Positions 11,716-25,085 of a stretch of DNA of 64,000 nucleotides are shown piece by piece; position 1 is the first letter of the stretch, and every line of letters starts with the position of its first letter. Below the pieces are notes generated by a model, which saw only the letters and a program-made list of their open reading frames with translations, was not told the origin of the DNA and searched no databases. Source of the DNA: Takakia lepidozioides (taxonomy: Eukaryota > Plantae > Bryophyta); contig CM060734.1 of the NCBI GenBank assembly GCA_030704615.1, positions 52,638,001-52,702,000 of the forward strand, written 5' to 3'. The translations under genes were made by a program, and so were the position numbers.

Positions 11716-13190
11716 CTACCCACGCCCGCACTGCTGCCGTCTCCGCCCCCGAGGAATCGTGCACTCTGATATTTTGAGCCTAAGTATAGAACTTGCTCTG
11801 CAGATCAGTGCGAGCAGACTCCGCGCGAGACACTCGGCTTGTTCCTTCACGAATTTGGTAACGGCCGCCACCGAGAATATCTGTGAGCGATTCTCGAGCG
11901 ATTCTGGAGATGCGCCCGACGACTTGCGACCGTTACCCAATATATAATTAGGTGTCGATAAGTTCTCGCAAATCATATCATGGAAACAGTTCGTATTATG
12001 TGCCAGAACTGATAATGTCGTCTCTGGCATGGAAACCATTTGACCTAATTATCTCGAATGAGGGTCGTTGCTTGGGGGAAGCTGCTGCCGCCTCTGCCAC
12101 CTACCTTGAAGAAGTTGTAGAAGTTGTAGCCCAGTGGTAATGGGCATACTCCACTTGGGAAGTGATTGTGGGTTCAATCCACCTATTGTGAAGGTAATCA
12201 TCCACTAGGTCCTGTAAGATGGAGGGCAAGCTCTGTGGTGCACTACTGACTTGGGATAAGACAAATTTGGCATGTGAAAGGATAATCTTCTGAAGCCAAG
12301 TTTTGCTCCATTCCAGTGCAGTAGTTGTGACCATCCAATAGCTGAAAGCGTTCAGATTGATAAGAGAGCCTAGAATCCAACCAATCTTAGCTCTCTTGAA
12401 CCAACTCTTGACACAAGTCATAACTTCAAACAAACACCTAAATTCTATGGCTCCAGTCTGCGATGTCCCAAAGGAATCTCTCATAGGTTAGTTGATGAGG
12501 GCTAGACACCTGGTACATACATGAAATCGATCCCATATGGAGATCAAAACTGTGAAATGCGGTGATAAAATCAGTATGCTACTGTACTGTCATCAGATTG
12601 GGTGGTACTTACCTTGAAGCTCATCCGCACCTAAATACCCACTCCATCAGTAGCTTTCAACCTTTTTCTTTGTGAACCTGGGTGCATTTACTCGTCAATG
12701 AAACAAGATACACATCTAACCTGCTTTGGCATTGAGTCTCACCTGTTTCACTCCGTTGAAGCAACCAAACATGTGTCTTCCTCACCCCAACACAATCTTC
12801 TAACCGGAAGTTGAGTGGAATTATTAGATACAACTGCCAAGGGCAAGCATGTAGGGACTGAAGGTAGCACTCCCTTCCCCAGCAGTCAAGTGCTCAGCCA
12901 CATTTCTTTAGTCACATTCTCTCAGTCAGGTTTCTTTTTTTCCTGAATACTGACATGCATGGGCATTCTTTCTATTCCAGAATAATCCAAATCTAGGAAT
13001 AATCTGAATTTTAGAGCTTAACAACCATCAACAAGGTTTGTCATTCCGAATCACTGAATTCTTTTCTGTAGTGAGGTCCTCCAAGATTGTCAGTGACATT
13101 ATTTACCTGTCCCTTCAGATTGATTGGCAACGGATTCATTGGTCACGTTTGACAGGTTTCGGAGCCACCTTAGAATTAGCCCACTTGGAG

Positions 13191-16100
13191 TTAAATGAGC
13201 ACCCGGTTGCAGATGTGAATCTGAACCCTCGGAGTTCTTTCTTTCGGAAATGCCAGGCACGACAGATGCTTCCCCTGCTGGGAAGTGGCCACCCCTCCAT
13301 TTCTCAAACTGTCTGAACCTTGGCCCTTGTTTGACAAATGACAGGGACGTAAATGGGACGCACTGCTGACCGGCAGATTAAGCTTTGTAAGTATTGCTTG
13401 CTCTTGTTGTGTATCTGCGATTGTGGTGAAGGGAAACTTTTCATTTCAGTGTAATTACTGCAGAAGGACCACCAAGTATGGAATATCAGATATTGTTCAA
13501 AAACAATCATTTGGTTTGGATACATTCCTCGTCTGGGTTCTCCGCAAAGCTGGAATGAAGGGCGTTGCCCATCCCATCTAGAATAGCTGATGTTGTCATG
13601 GAGGATTCCATGCAGAGAACTGCCGCAATAGCATCGGCCTGTCTCACTTCCCTTTGGAACATGAGCCTTGCATGTGCTGAACCCAAAACATGCCCACATG
13701 CCCGCAGAGATTGGGTGCTGGATGAAGAGGGTATACTTGAGCAGCACATAACAGTTTACAGATCTATACGACAAGCACAAGGAATGGAAATGAGTTTCTT
13801 TACAGAAACAGTCACATAAAATCCTGGTTAAACACAAGCATGTCTGGCAGTGTTGGAAGACTCAAGGGTCACTTTACTAGAGAAAGGGAGGGACACTTTT
13901 AAAATCAAGATATCACTTGTACCTTGTGCAAGCCTGATCAAACTTTCAAGCATACGTATTGTGGTCCTAGCTGCAGTCATTTAGCAGAAGACCCACATCA
14001 GTTCCTAAGTTTAGTGTCTGACTATGAAGAAGCACCTGGTGTATGTGACCACTCATGCAGGGAAGGTGAAAAATACTTTGATCCGTACTTAGCATGTCCA
14101 CTGAACAGACTAAAAGAAACAAGGAAACTTACAACTTCCACATGAAACTCACAGAGCTTGGGGGCCTATCAAAATACTAGACAACCAAACAGGCCTAAAA
14201 GAATGCTCAATGCTAAGAATTTCGGGAGACAGTCATGAGAGCTAGCTGACAAGCTCACTCAACAACAACATTGGCTGCAAGGACACAGATTTAGCAGATG
14301 AACACTTGCATCTGCTGGCTTTCAATGAGGATTTACAAATAAGGATACAGGGTATACAAACCCTGAATCCATTGAATCAGTTCCAAATGACCTTGCACTG
14401 AGGCAGAAGGGATGTGGAAGGAGATCAGGTACCAGCATTAAGGGAAGGTGATCGCCTCTGCAACTGGTAGTAGCTACTGAGTACTTTCTCAGCCTCACTC
14501 GTCAGAACTGGTTTGAACTCCTGGCGCACATATCGGATATAACTGCCAGTCACAGCAAACCAAAATGCTGGTTTGGTTATAGACAGCTGGTTGAAAGAAT
14601 GGCCATGATCTTCCACTGATTTTCAAATTTCAAATAATCTCTTCACCTGCTCGCACGGCCTGGAAAAGTAATTTTGAACCAAGAAGATTTGCTTCTAACA
14701 CGGCTAGCAAATTAGTGCCGATCACAAGAAAGGAACCCACACACAGACCTGGCCATGACAAATGTTACCTCTGCAGCATTGCCATAGTCCATATCCCAGT
14801 CAAGTCACCACCTCCACCTGAACTCTGCGGCTTTTTCTCCTGCAGGCAACCTCATCCATTACAAAGCAAATGAGTCTTACTGATGCACTCCAACTGCCAT
14901 TTCTCTCACCCAACCTCACCATTTCCTCCCAGGTATTCCCCTCCCGGGAGGACATGCTGCCAGGAATTGGTTAGCGTATATGTCCCTAAGGAGTTTCAGA
15001 TCTAGTAGACTTTCAGACTTTTTGCACATGCATGATTATCTATAAGAGGTAAGGAGTAGGATGATGAACTACGAAGCAGTCTGCAGGTAGAAACTGAAAC
15101 CCAGTATCAGGATGGCTAGAAGAAAGAACTTGCCTCTGACAAGATGTGTGATGAGACAATATCGTCCCACTCAGGATTTTTTGTGTCCAAAAGGACCAGG
15201 ACAATGTCGAACCGGCTCAACAGTGGTCCCGACAACGTTGTGTTCATGGTCAGAGCTGTTATATTGTGTTAAGGGGACAAAAATTATTCCCTGGGTGCAA
15301 TTTGTTGTAACATCATTGCACCCAGTTCGACCTGGAAAGATACTGATGAAATATCAAGATAAAATTTACATACTAACAACCACAGAGAGACTGCTGTATT
15401 AAAACCCTCCACTGTACTTTGGGCCTTTCGATGCCAGTACATAACAAAGCTCATACTATCTGACTTGGCGACTGCTTGGATACGTTGAGCAGGGTTATAA
15501 TGCCCCTTAGGATTGGTGACTCCAAACACAGTTGTCCTCGTGTTGAGTGTCATCAGTAGGCCAGCCTGCAATACATCACAACAGTAAAAAATATTTAGTG
15601 TCACAACTGGAGCAGTTCACCAAGGTATCCCTTCAATGACCATGCTATCCTATCTAGTCATTCAATGACTCTGGACACATCTGCCTGTGTCACTCCCCTG
15701 CACTTCTCCCCCTTTTCCCCATTCTTTAATATACACTCGTCTGACAAGCTCTTTGGGCTTCCTCTGGAGGTTATTATCTCTTCCTTTCTTAGTCCCTCTC
15801 ATGTGCCAAAGCAAGAGCGACATAGCAGATTTAAAGTACCTTTGCAACACTGATGCTTTGTTGTTCCATAGCTTCATGTATTGTAGTTCAGTCTGACTCC
15901 CGAATGCTACATAGAGATGTCTGTGTTAGTCTCCAGTTGGTCACTTACAACACAACCAGTGACCTCACGACATAGTTTGACAGACCAAGAGATGGGGGAA
16001 GCAACCTTCTCTCCACTGCAGCCACTTACTACACATAATTACAAATTACAAGTGGCAACCACAGAATTGACCAATGAAGTTACAGCACAAAACTCTCGCA

Positions 16101-17720
16101 AATGCTCTAAAATAAATCCAAACTGAGTAAACTTCTTATTGTGTCACTGTATTTACAGTCAACTTCTTAGTCCGAGGAAGAGCCCAGAACCTCATATCTC
16201 TACAGAATGTAGGATGTGACTATATATTCTCTGTGGAAGATACCGATTGGAGGATACTGGATCAAACACAAACGTAGTAAACAACTGCATGCCAGACTCA
16301 AAGTTGTAGTTCCTAGTATCATATAAAGTGGGTCCATGAGGAACTTTCGTAGCTTGAATGGTTATAGGTCTTATGTACTACCTGTCAAACTCATCAATGC
16401 AGCAGAGGCCGCCATCTGCCAACACCAGTGCCCCAGCTTCCAGCATCCACTCTCCCGATTTCAAATTACCACATACAGATAACCTCAGCAACAACTCAAG
16501 CGCTCTGTAATACGTGGACCATTACCACTACAATGAGGTGGTATTTGAAGTGACTTGTTACCTCCATCCTTGACAGCAGTAAGTGTGAGGCCGGCACTGG
16601 TGCTGCCAAGGCCTGTAGTCATTACCGATCGATGACTCAGCTTTGCCGCATACTTAAGAAACCGTGACTTGCCCGTTCCTGTCATAAACCAAAAGTTGCA
16701 ATCAACAGATGCTTAACAACTTAACAGGGGAACATCTATGAATACATGCATGACTCATCCACTTACCATGGTGGCATGCATCAGCATGTGCCTACCAATT
16801 TCATTTTCAACAAAGAATATTGCTTGTAGGTTGTTTATCAAATCTTGCTATGGTTTCTGTGGACGTTATTGATCTTCCAAAATTATACAGTGCATTAATT
16901 GTAGTGGTTTATGTTATACTGCAACTTACCCACATCAATTTTTATAACAGTTCTACAAGGGTGCCATTTTAGCACGAGTGGCAAAGTAGTATACATTCGG
17001 AACCCCAACAAGAGCTATACTGATGAAAACCTTTTAGTGGGATATAACTTGGACAGACAAAAACCAATCACTGACCTGGGTCACCAATGAGAAGGAGATG
17101 GGATTCACCGCGAACCCTTGTGCCCGATGCATCCACATGTTGAACTCCCCCGATCAATGTGAGTGCAACTGTGAAGTCCAATGGAAGGATTTTAGGCACA
17201 ATTACAAGCAATCAGGCAAAACCCAACCCAACACATAAGAAATGCTTCAAACTATGCTTGCAGTTTAGTATTATACAGATGGCATAGGGAAAACACAACA
17301 TTCTAACCAATTAATTCTCCTGCTTTCCTCCCGCACAAACCTGCCTGTGAAGAATCTTACAGATTTCATTCCCAAGCCCTAGTTCACATCTTCACTCATG
17401 GTTAGTCATCTACAAGGAGGTCGAAGTCTGTCTCGGGCTTTAACTTTACCTTTCTTTCTTGGCAGCTTACGTGCACGAGGCCTTGACCCTTAGGCAATCC
17501 CTTAAGCAGTAGTTGCTTTTGGGCTGCTTTTTGGCTCTGGTTTTCTCCTCTCTCTTGTTTTTTCCATTTTGTCCCGTAAGCTCTTTGAGCTTTCCGTGGA
17601 CGTTATTTCATTTCATTTCATTTCTTGTTACACAGCACATGGGCTATGTGAGACCTGCAAGCTTCACCATAAATAAGCCATACACCTGGGGACAGATGTT
17701 TTGCAAGATAGTGTTGCGAC
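13191..17720 (-). pseudogene. MCM9: MCM9 helicase, 3' half (exons 9-20, AAA+ domain), disrupted
   Basis: Exons 17720-17655 (RNTILQNICPQVYGLF), 17168-17076, 16678-16562 (Walker A GDPGTGKS across the junction), 16454-16382 (Walker B CIDEFD; acceptor is GG), 15906-15840 (in-frame TGA at 15890-15888), 15565-15484, 15255-15134 (LLSRFD; GC donor), 14839-14769, 14542-14433, 13970-13923 (RTTIRMLESLIRLAQ), 13676-13524, 13414-13191. Confidence 0.93.
17458..17624 (+). mobile_element. LINE 3' end with (TTTCA)n tail in an MCM9 intron
   Basis: Aligns with 9768-9820, 48570-48680 and, inverted, 21505-21601; ends in ATTTC repeats. Confidence 0.65.
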
Positions 17721-17988
17721 CTGGGCACAAACAAACAAGGAAAGTTTTGAAGAACTGTATCTAAATGCTTGAAAGGTCGGAATGAATTCCTTGAGGATGT
17801 TTATGGTCTGCACAATAGTTTCAAGTGGGAAATTCTTATAGCTTCTGACCATGTGCCTCACTACATAGGCTTTGGTTTGATCATGAGTGATATAGGATAC
17901 ATGATAAGAAAGAGTCTCGCAAATGGAGCACAAACAATTACAAACTTCAGATAAACAAAAGAATCTTCCAGGGAAATAAGGAACTAAC

Positions 17989-18097
17989 AGCCGATGGAGG
18001 TGCGCCGGCCATGAAACCGAAGCGCCAACAGAAACTCGGAGATATGAAAGACGACCAGCGCACCCAACATCCACCATAGTTGCTTGATCGGACTCAT
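17989..18097 (-). pseudogene. ICMT: Isoprenylcysteine carboxyl methyltransferase exon 1, detached from the rest of the gene
   Basis: MSPIKQLWWMLGALVVFHISEFLLALRFHGRRTSIG resembles the plant STE14/ICMT N-terminus (RQLxQM..FFHISEY.LA..HG); followed by a GTTAGT donor, phase 1. Confidence 0.82.
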
Positions 18098-18885
18098 CCC
18101 CGTTTCTGATCCCCAAGCTTCGATTTTAGAGTGTACATCCATTGTAACGTGCAGTGCTGTTACATGTGCTGCTTCTATCAGCGAATTCCGAGTCTTCTGA
18201 AACAGGGCATCAATTTCGTTCTTCACCTTCACAAACAAATTTGTTATTCTTGCAGACATGACATGAAATACCCATCTACAGCTTGCGATCAGACAGGGAC
18301 TGTGAGAGATATCGATCTGAAAGTCAACGATGATGATCCATGGTGGACAAGCGGATGGGTGGACGATGAACGAAAAGTGGTTTTCGTCGTAGCGCATACT
18401 GTAGGGTTCTTGCTGTTTTCCCGCCTAATTCCTCAAAACCGCAACGTGGCATTTGGCCCAACCCCTGGAAGGCCGAGTGATTTATTAGAGAGATCACTGA
18501 TCTCCGCCGAAACCACGTTGGATTCATCGGATATGTTCACTGGATGATGCAAATCTGTGGGCGATTTTCCCAGTCAAAATTGTCCATAGCACTCATTTCG
18601 TGACTTACAGCATGTCTGAACAGAAATGGGCGGCGAATTGAACTTGAAGATATGTGGGTGCTCATGTGAGAAGATGCTACATAGTCACTTTGCCTGGGTG
18701 GAAATTTGGCGCCTAGATTGATGAAGAGGTCCGTGTCAGGTGTTTGTGTATGCGAGAAACCAGGAGAGAAGCAGAAGAAAGAGGAGAAGGAGAAGATCGG
18801 GAGCTAGAGCTACAGAGACTTTATGTGTTGAGGGAGTGCAATCTATGAGTTTGAAACGAAAGTGCTGCGAAGAATACAGGGGGCC
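18098..18885. promoter_or_regulatory. Bidirectional ICMT/MCM9 promoter region with E2F sites
   Basis: About 790 bp between divergent starts; TTTCCCGCC at 18417-18425 and TTTGGCGC at 18705-18712, typical of MCM gene promoters. Confidence 0.65.
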
Positions 18886-21800
18886 ATGTGAGTCAAGCGG
18901 CAGAGGCGGGGGCAGTGCTTGATACAGAGTATGTTGGAGTATTCCAGCAGTTTTTAGAGCACCACCATGCTGAAGCTCTTGAATCGCTTCTTCTTGCAGA
19001 CGACGACTCACGGCATTACCCTCTCATTGTTCAGTAAGTCCTCATTTTGGAAGAGAAAACATCAAAATTGTGCATTGGGTTGGAGGGTAGAAATGGTTGT
19101 ATGATTGTGTCAAGCCAACTTGGCAGAGGGGGAGGGAGAGAGGATAGAGTGAGGGAGGCAGGTCGTAAGGGGGGGTCGAGGGAGACAGTCTGAATTGTCT
19201 GAATTGTGCTTTTCTTGGGCATGTGCAAATTCTTCTGTTTGTGTTTGCGAAAATCCGAGAAGAAGTCTGAGGAAGAATCGATAAGTGCTGGAAAGGTGGA
19301 GGGCTCAATGATGGATGCAATTCAAATTCAGGTTATGCTGTGCAGGTATTCTGAATTTTTGGATGCCAGCCCAGCTATCGCCAACCTTGTGTACTTCTAT
19401 CCTGCCAAACTCCTTTCACTGTTCGATGTTGCAGCACGGGAGGCCCAGGTAACTTGATTACTTAAATTACTGCTTCATGTGAATAGCTTTGGGGACCCTT
19501 AATAAGGAGGGGCTCTGCTCTTTGGATTTGCAGGCTGTGGTTTTATATTCTCATAAGCAGCCCAAAAGTATGTCCGTGAAAGATAATGTGCATGTTCAAC
19601 TAAGTGTGCATGGCTCAGCTATGGAATGCCCTGGTATGTGCTATTTACTACTTGGCTTCTTCTTTCATGTTGTGATGTGTCAGAGTAGACTGTACTAAAG
19701 GAATTGTAGCTATACTCCGACGCACATGTCTCTGAGCAGGGTTCTCAGTATGTGATGCATAGACTGAACCTCTTTAGTTGTGGGTTGCCTTTCTAAGGAA
19801 ACAGTATCTTAGGTGTATGTAAAACCAGATGGAGATTAGAATTTTCTAAAGTGGAAAAATGGCCACCCTGGCCATAATGGTACATTATGCACATAGCTGT
19901 CAGGTTCTTACGAAAAGGCAGAAAGCTAGTAAGAGAAGCCAGTTAAAGAGTCTAATGGAGTAACTCCTACATCCTTAAAGAAAGCACCCAAGTGTCTAAG
20001 CATAGCTATCAGAAATCCTGCTGGCTACAACCTCAAAGCCTTATCTGTAGTTGCAACTTCCTTGTCAGAAACGCGTCCCAACATTGGACACATCCGGTGG
20101 GAGCATGTTGGTGAGCTACTAACACTCAAAGGGACTGTCATTCGGTCGGGTGGGATCAAAATACTTGAGGGGGAACGTGAATATGAATGCACTAAGTGCA
20201 AGCACAGGTGCGAGTTTCCCCAACTTGCCCCTTTGATTGGATATCTCCAGCAGTCATCTGTGGAAGTCTTATTCCTATTAGGTCTTTAATGGACACCGAA
20301 AAGCATCCCATCTGTACCCGGAGTTAGGGTCTATATCCCTTTTATGCTCACCCACTTATCTCCTGGAAAATCTGCAACAAATGTTGGGAAGAGAAGTCAA
20401 AAGATAACCTGTTTGTGAGGTAGGTATCCTAGAAAATATGCCATGCATGATTCAAGTGAAGTGGAGACACAACGAAAGGGATGTCACAGACAGATTGGCG
20501 TTGGCCCAAATTTCTGGCAAATCACCACGTGGCCTCTATCTCCTTCGACAGGGTGTGTCTGAAATGGATTTGTGCTGTTTCAGCTCTTATAGAGATGAGT
20601 GGGCATGTCCAGATTCAAGGTTGAACCAGAGTTGGAGATGGGTAATTCCCTTCAGCTACCAGCAATCTGCCCCTCTCAGGTTTGGAAAATTTCAGTGTGT
20701 GTCACCGGGGTACACCTCCTGTGTCCACCACATCAGCAGATTTATGTATTGTGTTTTCCTAGAGACAAATATATATGGATACATGCACAGATGAATTGAC
20801 TGACTACTGGACACCTGCATTGTCACACATAGATAAAAAGTTGATGAGTCTGCCAGAAAGATGGACCAGACAGCCATACAAAACTTGACAAGTATACTGT
20901 TATGTGTTACAACATGTGCAAGGGTGCATTGAGCTAGGAAGGTGTGGAATTAGTTCCAATTTCATCTGCTAAAATGCCAATCGGAGGATTTCTACCATGG
21001 GTTTCTTCTGCCTTCTGTTGGAAATATATCTTTGTCTGCGCCTGCACACTTGAAGAGAGGCAAGAGTTCGTAACGTCAGAATGTCCACAGGAATCCTTCA
21101 GTGTTATGGAACAAGAGTTGTAACAAATAAGGAAACAATTTAGAGGTAGTGAGAGACTGGAAGGAAGAAGAAATGAAACTTTGTAATGTCTGCAGAAAGC
21201 TCGAAGAGCTTCTGGGACAAGAAAAGAAAGAAACAAGAAAGACATAGTGCCCTCCACAAGCAGCCCAAAGGCTCAAGGGATTGTCCAACAGTCATCACCT
21301 CATGTAGATAAGCTGCCAAGCTTTTCTGGTCCTCCTATGGAAGACATAGATTGGGTATCACGGAATAGACAGTTGAAAGAAAGACATCTCTGCTTGCCAT
21401 AGCTTCAGGTCACCATCCTCAAGAGTGAGAAGAAAGTTTAGTATGTCCACCAGAAGAGGTCCCAAACATGAGAGGTAGGAAGAAAGGAAATGAGATGGTG
21501 CTTTATAACGTCCGCGGAAAGCTCATAGACCTTATGGGACAAAATGGAAGAGAACATGAGAGAGGGGAAACAAACCAGAGCCAAAAATAAAAACTATTGC
21601 TAGAGAAAGGGAGAATGGAGGAAATTTTGTGACATCTAATGGCGGTCACAAGGGCCATGGGAGAGAAAAGAAAAAGAAGGAAGAAAAAGGAGTGAAATGA
21701 AATGAAATGGTGCTTTACAACGAAAGGAGAAAGGAGAGGAAGAGGCATTGGCGCAGTGGGTGGGGTCCCCAACCATTCAGATCTGATGGTAGCATTTCCT

Positions 21801-22595
21801 TCTACCCCATGCTACTAACTTGAGTTTGGCTTCAAACTTGCAGCGAACAAAACCATGCACCGGTGGAAACTTTAGGTGTGTGGAAGAGACCACAGTCTGC
21901 CATGACTATCAGGAAATCAAAATCCAAGAGAGTATGCAGACGCTAGGAGTGGGCTGCGTGCCGCGATCAATTACTGTTGTCATTGAGAATGATCTGGTGG
22001 ATGTTGTCAAGGCAGGCGGTAAGTTTGAAATGGAAAACCTAGGGATGCTACTCATTATGTCAGCTTAGATGTTCCCAAGTCTATCGCCTCTTGAATTTGT
22101 GTTTCTCTGGTGTGAAGATGAGGTTGCTGTGACTGGGGTGCTATATGCCAAGTGGCAACCACATGTGAAAGACGTGCGCTGTGATCTAGAGCTTATGTTC
22201 CTTGCCAACTACATCAGGCAAATCTTTACTTGTCTCTGTGTTTTATGCTTTCTAGTGGAATGGACAATTGAAACCTTACTCACCTTTTTTTATCCTTTTT
22301 AATGGTTAGACAATTTCTCACCATATGTGGCTGCTAGTTCCTTATGTCTCGGTCATGAAATCAATCTTGGACTATGGTAATTTGTGTATTTAGAGGGATA
22401 GACTGGTCCAGACTACTGCTTTAAATGAAAGAGTGATATGCATAGGAAAAGTGAGATTAACAGATGCAATGTCATATGTGAGTCTTGGCTGTGACAGGAA
22501 AGCAAATGAACTGAAGGCATCTATTGATGTATCTGAGCCAGTGGTGCAGCAGTTTGAGCAGTTTTGGTGCTCCTTCTGTGATAACCCCTTAAAAG
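18886..22595 (+). pseudogene. MCM9: MCM9 helicase, 5' half (exons 1-8), on the opposite strand to its 3' half
   Basis: Exons about 18886-19033 (FLEHHHAEALESLLLADDDSRHYPLIVQ), 19346-19448, 19534-19633, 20069-20207 (LKGTVIRSG..YECTKCKH), 20613-20679, 21844-22018 (HDYQEIKIQE..PRSI..DLVDVVKAG), 22118-22217 (GC donor), 22498-22595 (FW..DNPLK, phase 1). The ATG at 18886 is out of frame with exon 1 by one base. Confidence 0.92.
21505..21601 (-). mobile_element. LINE 3'-UTR fragment in MCM9 intron 5
   Basis: Reverse complement aligns with 17528-17606 and 48616-48670. Confidence 0.6.
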
Positions 22596-24234
22596 GTTTG
22601 TGTTCAACCAGCTGGCTGTCTTCTTCGGGTATCTTTTCCTTTCAGAAGTTGAGATGCAGGTATTTGACACACGCAAGAGTGAGATCGAAGGGTTTGTGTG
22701 TCTCTACAACAGAGGGATGTACTCATTAGACTTTGCTTCTTGTAGCCTGGCGGCAATAGAGCCTGTGCCTGGAACAGTAAGGGGAAGTGGATGGGGGCCC
22801 ACTAGTGGATGAGCCTTTCCTAATGGTGGTGTCAACATGATTAGCTCTATATACTTTTGGAAGGAAGCTTTTGTATAGCATCAGTTGAGTTTTTTCTCAC
22901 CCTGTATCAGAAACAATGCAACCCACACCTTTCAACATTGGCTCTAGCGTTAAATGTTGCCAAAAAGAGGTGGAGTGACTCTTGTTTGGAAGAATACCCA
23001 TTATTGTCTATCATTTAGCTGGGTAAATGTACCATTCAAAGGTAGGCAAACTACTCATCGTTTGACCTTAGTGTAGGCCTAAGCATGAGAAGTTCCTTTG
23101 GTAGCCCATGAGCCCCACTTGTTCGTCACAGGTTGTGAGGGCTTCAGTCTATTCAACGGAGATCTCTAGGGACTTCAAAAACTCATGTCCTCTCTTCTAC
23201 CATCTTGGCTTGTTTCACAGGTCAGTGTTGTTTCTAAGGGGTACAGTGAGCAATCTTTTGGTATCTTTTCTTGTCCTTCTGAGCCAACTGGAGCCCCTAC
23301 CTCCTGTTACGATCTCGAATCTGCAGGAGACACATACTGTGGCTAGTCGAAGGACGTTCAGCAGCATCATCTCTTCAATATCGACTCTCCCTCTGAGCAG
23401 GAAAAGTGGAATTTTGTAGATCTGCCATTTGGACAAGCCATTAAGTTCAATTGTCCTTCAAGCCTTTTTCTCTCTCAGAAACAGAATTTGTACGCTGTCC
23501 ATCGTTCTCCAACAGACATAGTCGGCCTCTCTGTCTCCCTCTCTCTCAACTATGAACATAGCTGCTTCTTCCGAAGAACCTTCCTTCCATGCTTTGATAG
23601 ATGTGTTAAGGGTGTGTTACTCAAGTAATTTGCACATAAATATACCCCTGGTTAAGGGAAGATAGTGTGTACACTCTGCATAGGGGAGGTCTGGGACCAT
23701 TTGCTTCTTTGTTGAAATAAATTTCTCCATAATCAAAGAAATGTGAATGTGGACTAAGCAAGACTCGAGGGTCGAGAATGGAATTGCCACTATAGACTGT
23801 AAGATTTGTTATTTCTATTTATGGTCTTTCTCTTAGCTCTTTTACTTTAGTGATGAAAGTGGAAAGGCTACTATAGACTGTAAGCTTTGTTATGCCTAAG
23901 TAGGGTGTGTCTCTTAGCCCTTTTAGCAATAGAGCTCACAAATTGCTGGATCATCTTGTCCCCCATGTTTGCAATATGAAATTGAAACTTTTGAAGAATG
24001 AGACCTTCTCTCGGGTCTGTGTGTTAGCTGTGAGCCCCAACATTTGCTACAGGAAACTGAATGTTTGAAGCTCAAGACCTTTTCTTTGGAACATAAGTGC
24101 TATTAGCCTTATCCTGACCCGGGACCAACGTTGTTCATGGGACTGAGCATATGTGGTCGTCAAGTTGTAAAACTTGGCAGAACTATAGGGTGTTGGGTGT
24201 GGAAAGGCCGTCCAAACATACACCAATACATAGA

Positions 24235-25085
24235 GACTTCTTTGACATAGACCACGGTGTAGCTCAAGGATGTACCCTCTCCCCTCTGCTCTCCAATGTT
24301 TTCATCAATCAATTACGCAAGGTTGTGGAAAGTGAGGGACTGGGTTATGGGTGGGTGGTGCTACCATACCAGCCCTTATGTTTGCGGATGACTCCGCAGG
24401 CGTAGGGGAGACTCCATCCAATCTTCAGCAGTTGATTGATTGCGCAAAGAGATACTTTGACCTTTGGGGGCTAGAGGCTAACGTCAGTGAATGCGCAGTG
24501 GTGGGCATTCGACAACCGGGGGGAGGGAGGAGGCAACCTCAAGTGGCAGTGGAGAAGCCAAGAGATTCCTGTCCTCCCTTCCTACACATACCTTGGTATT
24601 GACTTTCCTCCAACTGTAATTTGGAAGCACGTATACAAAAAGTTGTTCAATCTGGGAAGTGCAAAGCGTTGGGTCTCACTAAATTTTTCCACTGCAGAGG
24701 GATCAACTGTGAAGTAAAAAAAACCATGCTTTGCCGCGTTATCAACCCTACCTTGGAGTACGCATCTGCAGTGTGGGTTGATAACTCCAACCAGGCTAAG
24801 TCCCTAGAGTCTATTCAAGTTGGGGTTCTCAAGGAGTGCCAGCATACTCCAAAACAGCTAATGTGGCTGTTTGAGGTGCGGCATTCCTCCCTTAAGCTCC
24901 CGACGAGATGAATTCAATTTTAGATGGTGGGGTCAGCTGCAGCGTATCAGTAATATCAGATATCCTAAAGTTAATCGACTCTATATCTTGGAAGCAGGAT
25001 CGCCCTGTCAAACAGGCTAAGTCCTGGCGGAAGAGGGTGGAAGAGATTTTCAAGGATCTGAATCTAATTCCGCAAGTCTTCTTCC
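24235..25085 (+). mobile_element. Non-LTR retrotransposon (LINE) reverse transcriptase fragment
   Basis: GVAQGCTLSPLLSNVFI..ALMFADD..LQQLIDC..YTYLGIDF..PTLEYASAVW, spread across frameshifted ORFs. Confidence 0.88.

Noticed and set aside
12101-12484. 127-aa minus-strand ORF
   Set aside because: No recognisable motif; probably TE debris.
13511-15483. GTATCC donors in MCM9 as U12 introns
   Set aside because: They continue AA rather than TT, so they do not fit the U12 consensus.
15888-15890. TGA-to-CGA rescue by U-to-C RNA editing
   Set aside because: Such editing is organellar; this is a nuclear spliceosomal gene with other lesions.
17458-21601. Inverted LINE-tail copies (17458-17624 and 21505-21601) as mediators of the MCM9/ICMT inversion
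   Set aside because: They lie in MCM9 introns 9 and 5, not in the breakpoint intervals (17721-17988 and 22596-26041). No inverted repeat was spotted at the true breakpoints.
23789-23930. About 81-bp degenerate tandem duplication (similar minor ones near 30455-30570 and 32285-32375)
   Set aside because: Two degenerate units only; ordinary local duplication.
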